A DNA stretch of 64,000 nt from an uncultured delta proteobacterium (GTDB taxonomy: Bacteria > Myxococcota > Myxococcia > Myxococcales > Myxococcaceae). Position 1 is the first letter of the stretch. The number at the start of each line of letters is the position of its first letter. Below are positions 31,615 to 41,736 of the stretch, piece after piece. The notes below the pieces were generated by a model. It saw nothing but the letters and a program-made list of their open reading frames with translations, had not been told where the DNA came from and did no database searches. The stretch spans positions 1 to 64,000 of the forward strand of contig CAVYSY010000033.1 in assembly GCA_963771175.1 (NCBI GenBank), written 5' to 3'. The position numbers and the translations under genes are program-made.

Positions 31615-34600
31615 TTAGCACGCACGAGGGCCCGCGTGACAGTGTTCCGCGAAGCCACAGCCCAGTGATTCGCAAGCGGCCCGCTCCTTGCCCGGCCACC
31701 TGCCACCCACATCCGCCGCCACCAGGGCCCGAGCCGCCTCCCGGAGGCGCTCGGCGATGGAGCCCAGGTCCGTGGGGAGCGAGGGAAACTCCGGCTCCGG
31801 CACCTCCTCCCCCAGGAAGGCCACGCCCACCCGCACGGGGACGCCCTCGCGCACCAGCCGCCGGGAGGCCAGCAGCAGGGCTGACAGGGACTCGGCATGT
31901 GCCTCGGCGCCCTTCGGGTGCCGCTTGCCCGGTTTGAAGGACACCACCCGGGCCTCACCCGTCGGAGTCTCCCAGAGCAGGTCCACCTCGCCCTCGAGAG
32001 ACGCCGACTCATCCCCCGACAGCGACAGCACGAAGGGCAGCGCGCGATGCACGCTCGACGTCGGAGCGGCGGCCAGCCTGTGGGCGAAGGCGGTGCCCAG
32101 GAAGCGCTCCACGGTGGCGAGTGCCTCCCCGACGCCGTCCTCCCCCTCGTCCCAGCCCGCCTCGCGCACGAGCGTCTCCAGGTGCGCGCGCCGCTCGGAG
32201 GCGGGGGCCTCCGCGACACGGAAGTCCACGGCCCGCAGGAGGCTCAGCACCCGACTGGCGGGGCTCGGGGCCGGTGCGCCCCAGGACTCCCGCTCGAGGT
32301 ACGGCAGCGACTCGCGCGGCGGTGCTTCCCAGGGGGCGCCTTCCGCGCGAAGCCCGAGCCCGTGCACATAGCGGTAGCGACGCGGACAGGTGAGGAAGTC
32401 CTGCACGGCCTCGGTGCCCACCACCGACACCTCGGGCGCGACCGGGGCCAGGGCCTCGTGGACACGCCGCACCGCGGCCTCGATGCGGGCCTCCTGCTCC
32501 AACGGGTCCACGTCCTCCAGCCCGTCCGATTCCGCGGGAGGGGGCAGCGTCTCCACGTCCAGGTCCTCGACGAGCCCGCGCAGCCGCGTGTCCTCCCCCA
32601 GCCGCTCGTCGAGCAGGCACCACCACGAGTCGGACGCGCCGCGCTCCTTCCCACCGGAGAGGATGAGCCTGTCCTGGGCGCGGGTGAGCGCGACGTACAG
32701 CAGGCGCCGGTACTCGGCCGTCTCGCGCCGCTTCAGCTCGTCCTTCACCTCGTCGAAGCGGGGGGAGCGGTACTTGTCGAGGCTGTCCGGCAGCCACGGC
32801 CGCAGGCAGAGTCCATGGGTACGCTCGAAGAGGGCCCGCCCGCTGGTGAAGCGCCTCAGGCCGCCGAGCGCCGGCACCACCACCACCGGCCACTCCAGGC
32901 CCTTGGCGCGGTGGATGGTGAGGAGCTGCACCGCGCGCGGGTCTCCCGCCTCCAGCAGGTCCGCCTGGGCCTCGGTGGGGTCCTCGTTGGCCAGCCGCTG
33001 CAGCTCGCGGGCGAAGCTCACGCAACCCCCCGTGCCGCGCTCGTCGCGCCGGCCCGCCAACGCGAGCAGCTTCTCCACGTTCGCGCTCGCCTGCTCCGCG
33101 TAGGGAGTCCCCGCGAGCGCCTCGCGGTAGCCCGTCTTCTCCAGCGCCACCCCCAGCAGGGCGCGCACGCCGAGCCGATCCCGCTCGCGCCGCAACACCG
33201 GCAGTACCGCGAGGAAGCGCTCCAGCCGCACGCGCTCGCCGTCGGGCAGTCCCTCCAGGGCCGAGCTGCCCAGGCGCTCCACGGCGGGCAGGGAGAGTCC
33301 CTCGGGCCCGGCGAGCCGGAAGAGCGAGGCATCCGACAGCCCCACCAGCGGCGAGCGCAGCACCGCCGCGAAGGCGAGCGCGTCCTCGGGGTCCGCCAGC
33401 AGCGACAGCAGCGAGGCCAGGTCCAGCACCTCCTGCGCTCCGTAGAAGCCGCGCCCGCGCAGCACCCGGTGCGGAATGCCGTGGCGGATGAGGGCCTGCC
33501 GATACACCTCCAGGTGCGTGAAGGTCCGGAAGAGCATGGCCACGTCGCCACCACGCGCCGGGCGCAGCTCCTCGCTGTCCTTGCTCACGGCGATGCAGGG
33601 CTCCGCTCCCGGGGCCAGCAGCACCTTCAGCCGCTTCGCCACCGCGTCCGCGTCCGCCAGACGCAGCTCGCCCGTGGAGAGCTCCTCGTCGTCCAGTTGC
33701 AGCCGCTCCACCACCGGAGCGGGCACCGGGGCCGGACGCACTGGCTGGAGGTCATCGCCCTCGGGGTCGTAGATGACTTCGTAGGGGCGCGCTCCGCCCT
33801 CGCCCGCCACCAGCACGCCCGCGAAGGCCTGGTTGAAGAACCCGAGCAGCGGCGGCACCGAGCGCCGGTTGTGCTGGAGGAAGTCGCGTGCGCCGCCCTC
33901 GGCTTCGATCTTCTTCGCCAGCACCTCGAAGACGGACACGTCGGCGCCGCGGAACTCGTAGATGGACTGCTTGCGGTCACCCACCGCGCACAGGAAGGCG
34001 GGCTCCAGCGGGAGCGCGTCCACCAGGTTCTCGTCCGGGCGCAGCGGGCGCGGGCCGCCGTCGCGCTTCTCGGCCAGCAGCAGCACCAGCTCGAGCTGCA
34101 GGCGGTTGGTGTCCTGGAACTCGTCCACCAGCAGCACGCCCAGGCGCTCCTGCACCTGACGGCGGAAGTCGGGGATGTCCCTCAGCAGGTCGCGCGTCTT
34201 CACCAGCAGCGCGGTGAAGTCGAGCGCATTGCGCCGGACGAACTCCTGCTCGTGACGAGCCTCCACCTGTGTGAGCAGCGCGCGGAACGAGGCCTCGAAG
34301 GGCGCGGTGCGCCACCCGGCGTACGCATCCTCCAGCCGCATCACCGAGCCATCGCTCTTCCCGAAGAGGCTCCAGTACAACTCCTTCATCGAGTTGCCCG
34401 GCTCCTTCTTCAGCCGGCGCACGTCGCGGCCGTCCTCCAGGAAGGCCGCCTTGAGCGAGGGGAGCCGCTCGGGCTCGAAGCAGTTCTCCGGCGTGAGGCC
34501 CTTCAGCGCGGCCTCGAGCTCCTCGCGCAGGACGCTCCACTCTCCCTTGACGTCCAGCTCGCGCACGGTGTCGCACAGCTTCCGGCACCGCTCGACGAGC

Positions 34601-35271
34601 TTCTCCAGCCCGGCCCGAGCCTCCTCCACGTTCGAGATGCGGGCCTCCGCCGCGCGCAGGCCCTCCTCGCGCAGCTTGCCGTAGACGGCGACCAGCGAGG
34701 ACACCAGGCCCTCGGTGAAGTCCGAGCCGGAGAAGGTCAGCTCCTGGCACAGCTCGCGCACCCCCGCGTCACCGGCTTCGAGCGCCTCGAGCACCACGCG
34801 CTCGCACACGTCCGTCACCAGCGAGCGGGCCTCCAGCTCGTCGAGCACCTCGAAGGACGAGTCCACGCCCGAGCCCGGCGGCGCACGACGCAGCAACTGG
34901 CCGCACAGCGAGTGGAAGGTGCCCACCGAGGCCGCGCCCAGGTTCTCGCGCAGGGCGCGCCAGGTGTCCCGCGAGGGGAAGGGACGCCCCAGCCGGTCGA
35001 GCGAGGCCCGGAGCTCCTTCTCCTTCGTGTCCTTCAGCTCGCTCTGCACGAGCACATCCAGGCGCTCCCGGACGCGCGAGCGCATCTCCGCGGCGGCCTT
35101 GTCGGTGAACGTCACCATGCACAGCCGCGAGGGCTTCAGGGGCTCGGCGCCCTCACGAGCACCGGCCAGCAGGTGCAGCGTCATCGTCACCAGGCTGTAC
35201 GTCTTGCCCGCGCCGGCACCCGCCATGAGGGCGAGGTTCTTCTCCAGCGCCAGCAGGGAGGTGTCACTCAC
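31615..35271 (-). CDS. addA: AddA-like UvrD/SF1 helicase with a C-terminal RecB-type nuclease domain
   Basis: AGAGAGKT, TFTDKAA, TFHS, VDEFQD, VGDRKQSIYEFRGAD, TIHRAKGLEW, LLYVALTRA. Confidence 0.85.
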   Translation of the reverse strand: MSDTSLLALEKNLALMAGAGAGKTYSLVTMTLHLLAGAREGAEPLKPSRLCMVTFTDKAAAEMRSRVRERLDVLVQSELKDTKEKELRASLDRLGRPFPSRDTWRALRENLGAASVGTFHSLCGQLLRRAPPGSGVDSSFEVLDELEARSLVTDVCERVVLEALEAGDAGVRELCQELTFSGSDFTEGLVSSLVAVYGKLREEGLRAAEARISNVEEARAGLEKLVERCRKLCDTVRELDVKGEWSVLREELEAALKGLTPENCFEPERLPSLKAAFLEDGRDVRRLKKEPGNSMKELYWSLFGKSDGSVMRLEDAYAGWRTAPFEASFRALLTQVEARHEQEFVRRNALDFTALLVKTRDLLRDIPDFRRQVQERLGVLLVDEFQDTNRLQLELVLLLAEKRDGGPRPLRPDENLVDALPLEPAFLCAVGDRKQSIYEFRGADVSVFEVLAKKIEAEGGARDFLQHNRRSVPPLLGFFNQAFAGVLVAGEGGARPYEVIYDPEGDDLQPVRPAPVPAPVVERLQLDDEELSTGELRLADADAVAKRLKVLLAPGAEPCIAVSKDSEELRPARGGDVAMLFRTFTHLEVYRQALIRHGIPHRVLRGRGFYGAQEVLDLASLLSLLADPEDALAFAAVLRSPLVGLSDASLFRLAGPEGLSLPAVERLGSSALEGLPDGERVRLERFLAVLPVLRRERDRLGVRALLGVALEKTGYREALAGTPYAEQASANVEKLLALAGRRDERGTGGCVSFARELQRLANEDPTEAQADLLEAGDPRAVQLLTIHRAKGLEWPVVVVPALGGLRRFTSGRALFERTHGLCLRPWLPDSLDKYRSPRFDEVKDELKRRETAEYRRLLYVALTRAQDRLILSGGKERGASDSWWCLLDERLGEDTRLRGLVEDLDVETLPPPAESDGLEDVDPLEQEARIEAAVRRVHEALAPVAPEVSVVGTEAVQDFLTCPRRYRYVHGLGLRAEGAPWEAPPRESLPYLERESWGAPAPSPASRVLSLLRAVDFRVAEAPASERRAHLETLVREAGWDEGEDGVGEALATVERFLGTAFAHRLAAAPTSSVHRALPFVLSLSGDESASLEGEVDLLWETPTGEARVVSFKPGKRHPKGAEAHAESLSALLLASRRLVREGVPVRVGVAFLGEEVPEPEFPSLPTDLGSIAERLREAARALVAADVGGRWPGKERAACESLGCGFAEHCHAGPRAC

Positions 35272-38200
35272 GGGCACCCTCCTCCTCCACGAGCCGCCGC
35301 TCGGTGATGCGGCACACCGCGCGGTAGCCACAGCTCCCGCAGTCCTTCGGCCTCACGGCGAACTCCCCCGCCCTCACGGTCCGCACCAGCGCCTCCACCG
35401 CGTTGGCCAGGTTCGGCTTCGCCTCCGCCGCCAGCTTCGCCCGCACCTCCGGCTCCGTGGACAGCAACTCCTCCAGCTCGACCGCGTCCTTCTCCAGCAC
35501 CTCCGACAGGTGGATGACCTCGCCCGTCCGCAGCGAGAACCACGCGGCCTGCCGTGTGTCTCGGTGCCCACTGGCCCGAGCAGCGTACAGGTACAGCGGG
35601 AGCTGGAAGTCCGAGTCGAGCAGCTTCTTCTTCAGCTCCGACCTGGAGAGCTTGCCGGACTTGTAGTCGATGACGCCCACCTGTCCTCCGCCCATGTCGA
35701 GCCGGTCGATGGTGCCCTCGAAGTGGATGACGTCCTCGCCCACCGTCAGCGTCACCTCGTTCCAGCCCTCGGCCGGGTTGCGCGGACCGAAGCGCAGCTC
35801 GAAGTCCGAGGGGGTGAAGCGCTCGAAGGGCAGGCCCCGCCGCTCGTCCATGAGGATGCGACGCACCATGTTCTTCGCCCGCTCGCGCGCCAGGCGCCAC
35901 AGCGCCGGGTGGCCCACGTAGTGGCGCTGCTCGAAGTGCGCCCGCACCTCGTCGAGCACCGTGTCCAGGAACGGCTCCGGTATCTCGTCGAGGCCCAGGC
36001 CCAGCAGGTTGCGCTCCTTGAGCCGCTTGAAGAACTCCTCCAGCACCCGGTGCCAGAAGATGCCCTGCCCCCTGCGGTCGAACTCCTCTCCCGGCTGCTC
36101 CGGCTCGGGCACCTTCAGCCCGTAGGACAAGAACCCCTGGAAGCCGCAGTTGCCGAAGCGCGCGAGCGCCGAGGCGGACAGCGGACGAGTGGCGTCGAAG
36201 CGGAAGGCCTCCCGGAGCGCCTCGCCCAGGGATGGATCGTCCACCACGCCGGTGTAGCGGCCCGCGCGCGTCCCCGAGTCTCCGAAGAAGTGCAGCCGCT
36301 CGATCTCCACCTGCACCATCTCCCGCGCGGCGGCGAGCCACGGCGCGTCCTCGAAGCGGCGCTTGAGCAGATTCCGGGCCGGGTCCGGCTCGGAGACGCG
36401 CAGCTTCTCCATCGCGAGCGACTCCAGCACCACGCGCTGGCGCAATTCCGACTCCGTGAGCACCTCGTCGAGCGGCGCGATGGCCGGCAACGAGCGCGTC
36501 GTCCACGTCTCTCCCGTCAGCCGCCGGATCTCCTCCAGGAAGGTGGAGGGCGCCTGCTCCTGCCCGCCCGGCCCCTCCACCGAGAAGGACAGGCTCACCG
36601 TCTGCTCGGCGGTGGCCAGGAGGCTGGCGAACAGGAGCCGATCCTCGGTGAGACGCCACTGCGCGCGGTCCTCGAACTCGCCACCGGTGAGACGGAAGAC
36701 GTCCCGGCTCAGGTGCTTGTTGAGCGAGCGCCGCTCGGAATCGCCCAGCAGCGGGTTGGGCTCGTCGCGGCCCGGGAAGCGGCCCTCGGCCAGGCCCCCG
36801 AGGAAGACGTGCCCGAAGGTGCGCCCCTCCAGCTCGCGGACGTCCAGCACCTCCACGGCGCCCACCGAGGGCCCGCGCGGAGGCAGGTGAACGTCACGCA
36901 TCACGTCCTGCAACCAGCGACCGAAGGTGCGCCGCCGCAACCGGGGCCCACCGCCCACCGCCGCGAGCGTCCGCTCCAGCTCACGCACCCGCATCGCGAG
37001 CGCCGCCCGCGCGGCATCGTCCCGGGCCCGGGCCTCCAGAGAGAGCGCGCCCAGCCCCTCGTCCGCGGGCGTATCCATCGCGCCCTCCGAGTCCAACAAC
37101 CCAAGCCGCCGCACCACCTTCCACCACGCGGCGAGCAGCTCCGAGGCACGCCCCTGCTCCGGAATGCGGCGGCAGGACTCCAGCAGGAAGAGGCACCGCT
37201 CGCGCAGCACCCGGGCCTCGTGGGCGCGCCGCTGTTCCCTCGGGCGCACCTGCTCCGGCAGCGGCTCCAGCCGCCTGGCCAGCGCCTCCAGGCGGAGGTC
37301 ATAGGCCCCCTTCCCGCGCGTCGCGCCCAGCCGGTCGTCCCGGACGGCCGCGAGCGTGAGGAGCGTGGCAGGAGCCTCGGGGGCGCCCCGGGAGAGCGCG
37401 GGCGCGTAGCGACTGGAGACCAGCTCCGCCACGCGCTCGGCGGGGAAACCGTCCTCCACGAGCAGGGGCAGCTCCAACGCGAGGCGCACCGGGCCCGCCA
37501 GCGCGAGCGGCTCGCCCCAGGGCAGGCGCACGGGGACACCGAGCTCCGCGAACGCATCCGCCACCCAGCGGACCTCGGGTCCCAGGTCGCGCCAGGCCAC
37601 CGCGATGCTCCCGGGCGGAACTCCGTCCGACACCAGCCGGCGCACGTCCCGGGCGATGAGGCGGGCCTCGTCCCGGGCCGCTCCGGCGCTCCACATCCGG
37701 AGGCCCTCCACCGCGCCCTGGAGCACGTCCTTCTGAGCGCGGGGCGAGAAGAGGTGACGGCCGAGCTCCAGCATGGGGCGCGACTCGAAGGTGACGTCGG
37801 CCTTGAAGAGGTCCACGTGGGGGAGGGCCTCGCCCCGGTTCTCGAAGGCACGGAAGAGGGCCGCCAGGGCCGCGTCCGCCACTGGCGAGCCACCCACCGG
37901 AGTCTCCACGCGCAGGGTCACCTTCCGCGCGTCGCAGGCGGCGGCCAGGGCCAGCAGCAGCTCCAGCCCCGAGGGCCGGACGTCATAGACGCCGTGCAGC
38001 ACGAGGGTGCCCACGTCGTCCCAGGCCGTGGGCCAGGCGTTGCGCTCCAGGGCCTCGCGCGCCCCGCGCACTACGTCCTCGCGGTCCGCGAGACCCAGCT
38101 CGGCCATCTTCTGCTCGTACGCGTGGTGCAGGAGGGCGAGCATCCGGACGCGGTTGCGCCGCTCGGGAGGGAGCACCTCCAGGGCATCCTGCAGCTCGCG

Positions 38201-38515
38201 CGGGGAGAGCCGACCGGCCTTGAGATCCAACAGCACGTCCAGGGCGGCGCGGGCGAAGGCGGGCTCGTGGACGAAGTCACCGAAGGGCGTGTCGCCCAGG
38301 CCCTGGGCGAGCGAGGCCACCACGGTGCGCGCGACGAGGGGCGAGCACGGGCGCCGACCCAGCTCACGCGCTCCGCCGAGGGCCTCCAGGAAGCCCTCCC
38401 AGGTGAAGAAGGAGTCCCCCCGGACGAGCCCGGCCGAACTCCGGACGGCACGTAGGGCGGCCTGACGGCGACCGTTGTCGGGGAAGACCTGGAGGGTTCG
38501 ACGTGCGTCGGACAT
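35264..38515 (-). CDS. addB: AddB-like subunit (degenerate helicase + PD-(D/E)XK nuclease with Fe-S cysteines)
   Basis: SASAL..FGNCGF, GTIDRLD...VIDYKSG, QLPLY, CGSCGYRAVC; overlaps the addA start. Confidence 0.85.
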   Translation of the reverse strand: MSDARRTLQVFPDNGRRQAALRAVRSSAGLVRGDSFFTWEGFLEALGGARELGRRPCSPLVARTVVASLAQGLGDTPFGDFVHEPAFARAALDVLLDLKAGRLSPRELQDALEVLPPERRNRVRMLALLHHAYEQKMAELGLADREDVVRGAREALERNAWPTAWDDVGTLVLHGVYDVRPSGLELLLALAAACDARKVTLRVETPVGGSPVADAALAALFRAFENRGEALPHVDLFKADVTFESRPMLELGRHLFSPRAQKDVLQGAVEGLRMWSAGAARDEARLIARDVRRLVSDGVPPGSIAVAWRDLGPEVRWVADAFAELGVPVRLPWGEPLALAGPVRLALELPLLVEDGFPAERVAELVSSRYAPALSRGAPEAPATLLTLAAVRDDRLGATRGKGAYDLRLEALARRLEPLPEQVRPREQRRAHEARVLRERCLFLLESCRRIPEQGRASELLAAWWKVVRRLGLLDSEGAMDTPADEGLGALSLEARARDDAARAALAMRVRELERTLAAVGGGPRLRRRTFGRWLQDVMRDVHLPPRGPSVGAVEVLDVRELEGRTFGHVFLGGLAEGRFPGRDEPNPLLGDSERRSLNKHLSRDVFRLTGGEFEDRAQWRLTEDRLLFASLLATAEQTVSLSFSVEGPGGQEQAPSTFLEEIRRLTGETWTTRSLPAIAPLDEVLTESELRQRVVLESLAMEKLRVSEPDPARNLLKRRFEDAPWLAAAREMVQVEIERLHFFGDSGTRAGRYTGVVDDPSLGEALREAFRFDATRPLSASALARFGNCGFQGFLSYGLKVPEPEQPGEEFDRRGQGIFWHRVLEEFFKRLKERNLLGLGLDEIPEPFLDTVLDEVRAHFEQRHYVGHPALWRLARERAKNMVRRILMDERRGLPFERFTPSDFELRFGPRNPAEGWNEVTLTVGEDVIHFEGTIDRLDMGGGQVGVIDYKSGKLSRSELKKKLLDSDFQLPLYLYAARASGHRDTRQAAWFSLRTGEVIHLSEVLEKDAVELEELLSTEPEVRAKLAAEAKPNLANAVEALVRTVRAGEFAVRPKDCGSCGYRAVCRITERRLVEEEGARE

Positions 38516-38555
38516 GCGGGGCGAAGGATTCTAGAACGGGGAGGAAGGCGCTTTT

Positions 38556-39467
38556 ATGCTCGAAGCCATGCCCTCCGCTCTCTGTTTTCTTGCGCTCGCC
38601 TCCCTGGTCGCCGTCTCCCCCGCCTCCGCCGAGTCCCTCCCGTCTGCCCAGCAGGCCTCCGACGCCCCCACCCTCCACGAGCTCAGGTTCGACTGGGGGC
38701 GGGATGCGGCCATCACGGGCGTCGCCGGGCTCCTGTGGATTGGCAGCGAGACCCTCTTCAAGGAGGAGCTCGCTCCCGATACGTGCAAGTGGTGCGATCG
38801 CTCGGCCGACGGCACGGACACCCTCAACCAGGTGGACCGGTGGGGCCGAGGCATCGCGGCGGAGACGGCCGAGGGTCGCAAGCAGTGGGACACCTGGAGC
38901 AACGTCGTGGACTTCGGCGTGCTGCCGGTGGGCGTGCTCGGGACGCAGTACCTGCTGGGCCGGGGCAGCGGGGCGTCGCCGCGCTACTTCGCGCAGGACG
39001 CCACGATGATCATCGAGTCGGTGGTGGTGTCCGCGGTGGCGAACCAGGCGGTGAAGTTCGCCGTGGGTCGCGAGCGCCCCTTCGTCCACGTGCTGCCCGA
39101 GGACCAGAAGGCGCTCACCGAGCACCCCAACGACAACAACCTGTCCTTCTACAGCGGGCACACCAGCATGGCGTTCGCGCTCGTCACGGCGGCGGGCACG
39201 GTGTCCGAGCTGCGCGGGTACAAGAACCGCTGGGTCATCTGGGCGGTGGGCCTGCCGGCGGCGGCCTCGGTGGGACTGCTGCGCATGGGCGCGGACAAGC
39301 ACTACTTCACGGACGTGCTGACGGGCGCGGTGGCGGGTTCCCTCTTCGGCGTGGGCGTACCCCTGCTGCTGCACGGGCGCCAGCAGGAGACCCAGGAGCA
39401 GAACGCGGGCGTGTCCATGCAGGTGTCGGGCAACCTCGGCGGCGTGATGGTGTCCGGGCGGTTCTGA
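38556..39467 (+). CDS. PAP2-family phosphatase
   Basis: KFAVGRERP, SFYSGH, RMGADKHYFTD; signal peptide. Confidence 0.9.
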   Translation: MLEAMPSALCFLALASLVAVSPASAESLPSAQQASDAPTLHELRFDWGRDAAITGVAGLLWIGSETLFKEELAPDTCKWCDRSADGTDTLNQVDRWGRGIAAETAEGRKQWDTWSNVVDFGVLPVGVLGTQYLLGRGSGASPRYFAQDATMIIESVVVSAVANQAVKFAVGRERPFVHVLPEDQKALTEHPNDNNLSFYSGHTSMAFALVTAAGTVSELRGYKNRWVIWAVGLPAAASVGLLRMGADKHYFTDVLTGAVAGSLFGVGVPLLLHGRQQETQEQNAGVSMQVSGNLGGVMVSGRF

Positions 39468-39557
39468 GAAGGCTGTTGAATGGGACGAGCTCATCATCTG
39501 AGCCCGAACAGGCAGGTCGAACCGCCCTCGTAGGATGCCCGCTGCAAAGGGGGTCTC

Positions 39558-40034
39558 ATGCACATTCGGCCATCATTCACGGCACGTGTAGTCCTGCTGT
39601 TGCTGGCGGTCCTCAGCGCCGCCCAGCTCGCGTGCGTCGGCGGTCACATCCCGCCGTCGATGTTCGAGTTCGAGAACGTCGTGCCCTATACCGGTCCGAA
39701 GGAAGGGGGCTGGAAGGTCGCCCAAGTGCTCGTCCTGCTGAGCAAGATCTCCCCCATGTTCTCTTCAACCGCCACCTGCGACATCGAGGTGGGCGTTCCG
39801 GAAAGGAATGTGAAAGGGTGGGTTCTGGATGAAGTCGCGCAGGTGGAGGCAGCCAAGGCAGCGGACAAGGCCGCACGCATTGTCCTGCGGGAGCAACAGC
39901 CGACCGCCCTGGCCTGTATCAAATTCAGGGAACACATGCAGAGCATCCTGACGGATCCGGTGTCCGGCCCCATCCCTGGCGCCAAGGTCACCAGATTCCA
40001 GGAGGTGGGCGTCCCCAGGAAGACGTTTCCGTGA
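39558..40034 (+). CDS. Hypothetical lipoprotein
   Basis: Hydrophobic signal ending AQLAC; 158 aa. Confidence 0.65.
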   Translation: MHIRPSFTARVVLLLLAVLSAAQLACVGGHIPPSMFEFENVVPYTGPKEGGWKVAQVLVLLSKISPMFSSTATCDIEVGVPERNVKGWVLDEVAQVEAAKAADKAARIVLREQQPTALACIKFREHMQSILTDPVSGPIPGAKVTRFQEVGVPRKTFP

Positions 40035-40111
40035 CTACGAGAGCCCCCCGCACATCTCGAACACGGTAGAAGAACCGAGCGCCCTCACCAACCCATTGAG
40101 GAACCCTGTTC

Positions 40112-40699
40112 ATGAATCCGGAACTGACGGCCGACGCGCTCGTTCAACTCGTCCACCGCTACTACCCGGCGGGCCTCCTCAACATTGATCCTCGATACGA
40201 TGCATCAGAGGAGGGCCAGCGCCTCACCGCGCTGGTCAATGCCAACGCGGACCCTTCGCCAGCCTGGAAGAGCTTCATCCAGCGGCTCCACGAGGAGTTC
40301 CCAGATTGCTCCGTCTGGGACACGACCATCCCCCACCATGACCCCTGTTACTATTGCCGCGTCTCCCTCCCGGGATTCGTGACAGGAGACCCCCGCTATG
40401 ACTGCATCGTCTGCCTGCTGAGCCAACTCGCTCCGGTCTACGCCCTCTACGCGTCTCACATGGAGGAGAAGGGCCCCGGCCTCCCCCGGGACTACTGGCT
40501 CCGCTTTCCGCCATTTCCCCCCGAGTTCCAGGCGCAGGAGGCGAAGCTCGCCGAGTTCATCGAGTCCTCCTTCGGATTCACCCGACTGTCCAACGATGTC
40601 CTCTTCACCCCCGTGCCGGACCTCGTCCCGCGCACGGCCAACCACGGGCTTGGCAAGGCGCAGCTCATCGACTGCCTCTTCACCGAGCACCGCTGGTGA
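40112..40699 (+). CDS. Hypothetical cytoplasmic protein
   Basis: GAGGA RBS; intact 195-aa ORF. Confidence 0.7.
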   Translation: MNPELTADALVQLVHRYYPAGLLNIDPRYDASEEGQRLTALVNANADPSPAWKSFIQRLHEEFPDCSVWDTTIPHHDPCYYCRVSLPGFVTGDPRYDCIVCLLSQLAPVYALYASHMEEKGPGLPRDYWLRFPPFPPEFQAQEAKLAEFIESSFGFTRLSNDVLFTPVPDLVPRTANHGLGKAQLIDCLFTEHRW

Positions 40700-40705
40700 G
40701 GCGCC

Positions 40706-41614
40706 TCAGCAGCCCGCCTCCACGGGTCCAGGCTCCGGCAACCGCGGCAGCGAGCCCAGGCCCCACGGCTGCCCGGCCCGCCACGACACCTCGCCCGAGA
40801 TGCCCCACCCGGCGCACACCACCTCGCGGCCCCGGAACTCCATCCAGAACACCGACTCGTCGGGCCTCGCCGCCTGATCCAGGCACACCACGCGCGTGGG
40901 GTGCCTCCCACCATGGCCCCCGAGCGACACCGCGAAGGCCCGGTGCGAGTGCCCGCACAGCACCCACTTCGGGTGCGTCGTCTCCACCAGCCGCCGGGTG
41001 ATGGGGTTGCCAATCCAGTACGACGGCAACGTGCGGCCCGGCGGCGGCTCCCCCTGCTCCCGGACCCGCTGCGGCAGGCCCCTCGGCCACTCGTGCACCA
41101 ACATCAGGTCCACGTCCCGTAGCGCCGACACCTTCTCCACCTCGGGCGCGCGGAAGTAGCCGGCCTGCTTCGCCGTGTCGAGCGAGCGCGGCCGCTTCAA
41201 GGGCTGCTCGTAGAAGCGCGGCGCGTGGATGCCCGACAGGTACCCCACCCGCAGCCCGTGCAGCACCTTCAGGCCCGCGCGCCCCAGGTAGTGCACGTTC
41301 GGCGCGAGCAGCAGACCCTCCGGCGAGTCGTGCAGCGCCTCGAAGTCCTCGTTGTTGCCGGCGATGAAGTACAGCGGCCGCTTCATCGTCCGCACGCCAT
41401 CCGCGTACTCGGCGAACTCGGCGGGCATGGCGCGCTTGGCCGTCTTGCGCCGGTGGTCGTCCGCGTGCCGGAAGGCCTCCACGTCCCCTACCGCCAGCAC
41501 CAGGTCCACCGGACGGCCCCGCGCCTCCGCCAACGCGTCGAGCCATGACTCCACGCGGTGGAAGCGACCGTGGATATCTCCCACACCGGCGACCAGGAGA
41601 GAATCCGGAGCCAT
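40706..41614 (-). CDS. Calcineurin-like metallophosphoesterase, Dbr1-like
   Basis: GDIHG, AVGD, FIAGNNE, LAPNVHYLGRAG, LSGI, HEWP, GHSH. Confidence 0.85.
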   Translation of the reverse strand: MAPDSLLVAGVGDIHGRFHRVESWLDALAEARGRPVDLVLAVGDVEAFRHADDHRRKTAKRAMPAEFAEYADGVRTMKRPLYFIAGNNEDFEALHDSPEGLLLAPNVHYLGRAGLKVLHGLRVGYLSGIHAPRFYEQPLKRPRSLDTAKQAGYFRAPEVEKVSALRDVDLMLVHEWPRGLPQRVREQGEPPPGRTLPSYWIGNPITRRLVETTHPKWVLCGHSHRAFAVSLGGHGGRHPTRVVCLDQAARPDESVFWMEFRGREVVCAGWGISGEVSWRAGQPWGLGSLPRLPEPGPVEAGC

Positions 41615-41683
41615 GATGCCCACCACCCTGCCCCGGGGCGCGTTCCCTGTCGAGCGGGATCTCCCCGCGCTGTGTCAAAAATG

Positions 41684-41713
41684 AAAAGGGGCGCCCCACG
41701 CGGGAGCGCCCCC
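41684..41713 (-). terminator. Intrinsic terminator after the large lipoprotein gene
   Basis: GGGGCGC...GCGCCCC stem followed by a T-tract on the minus strand. Confidence 0.55.
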
Positions 41714-41736
41714 TCTGGCCCGTGGGCTCCCCGGCC

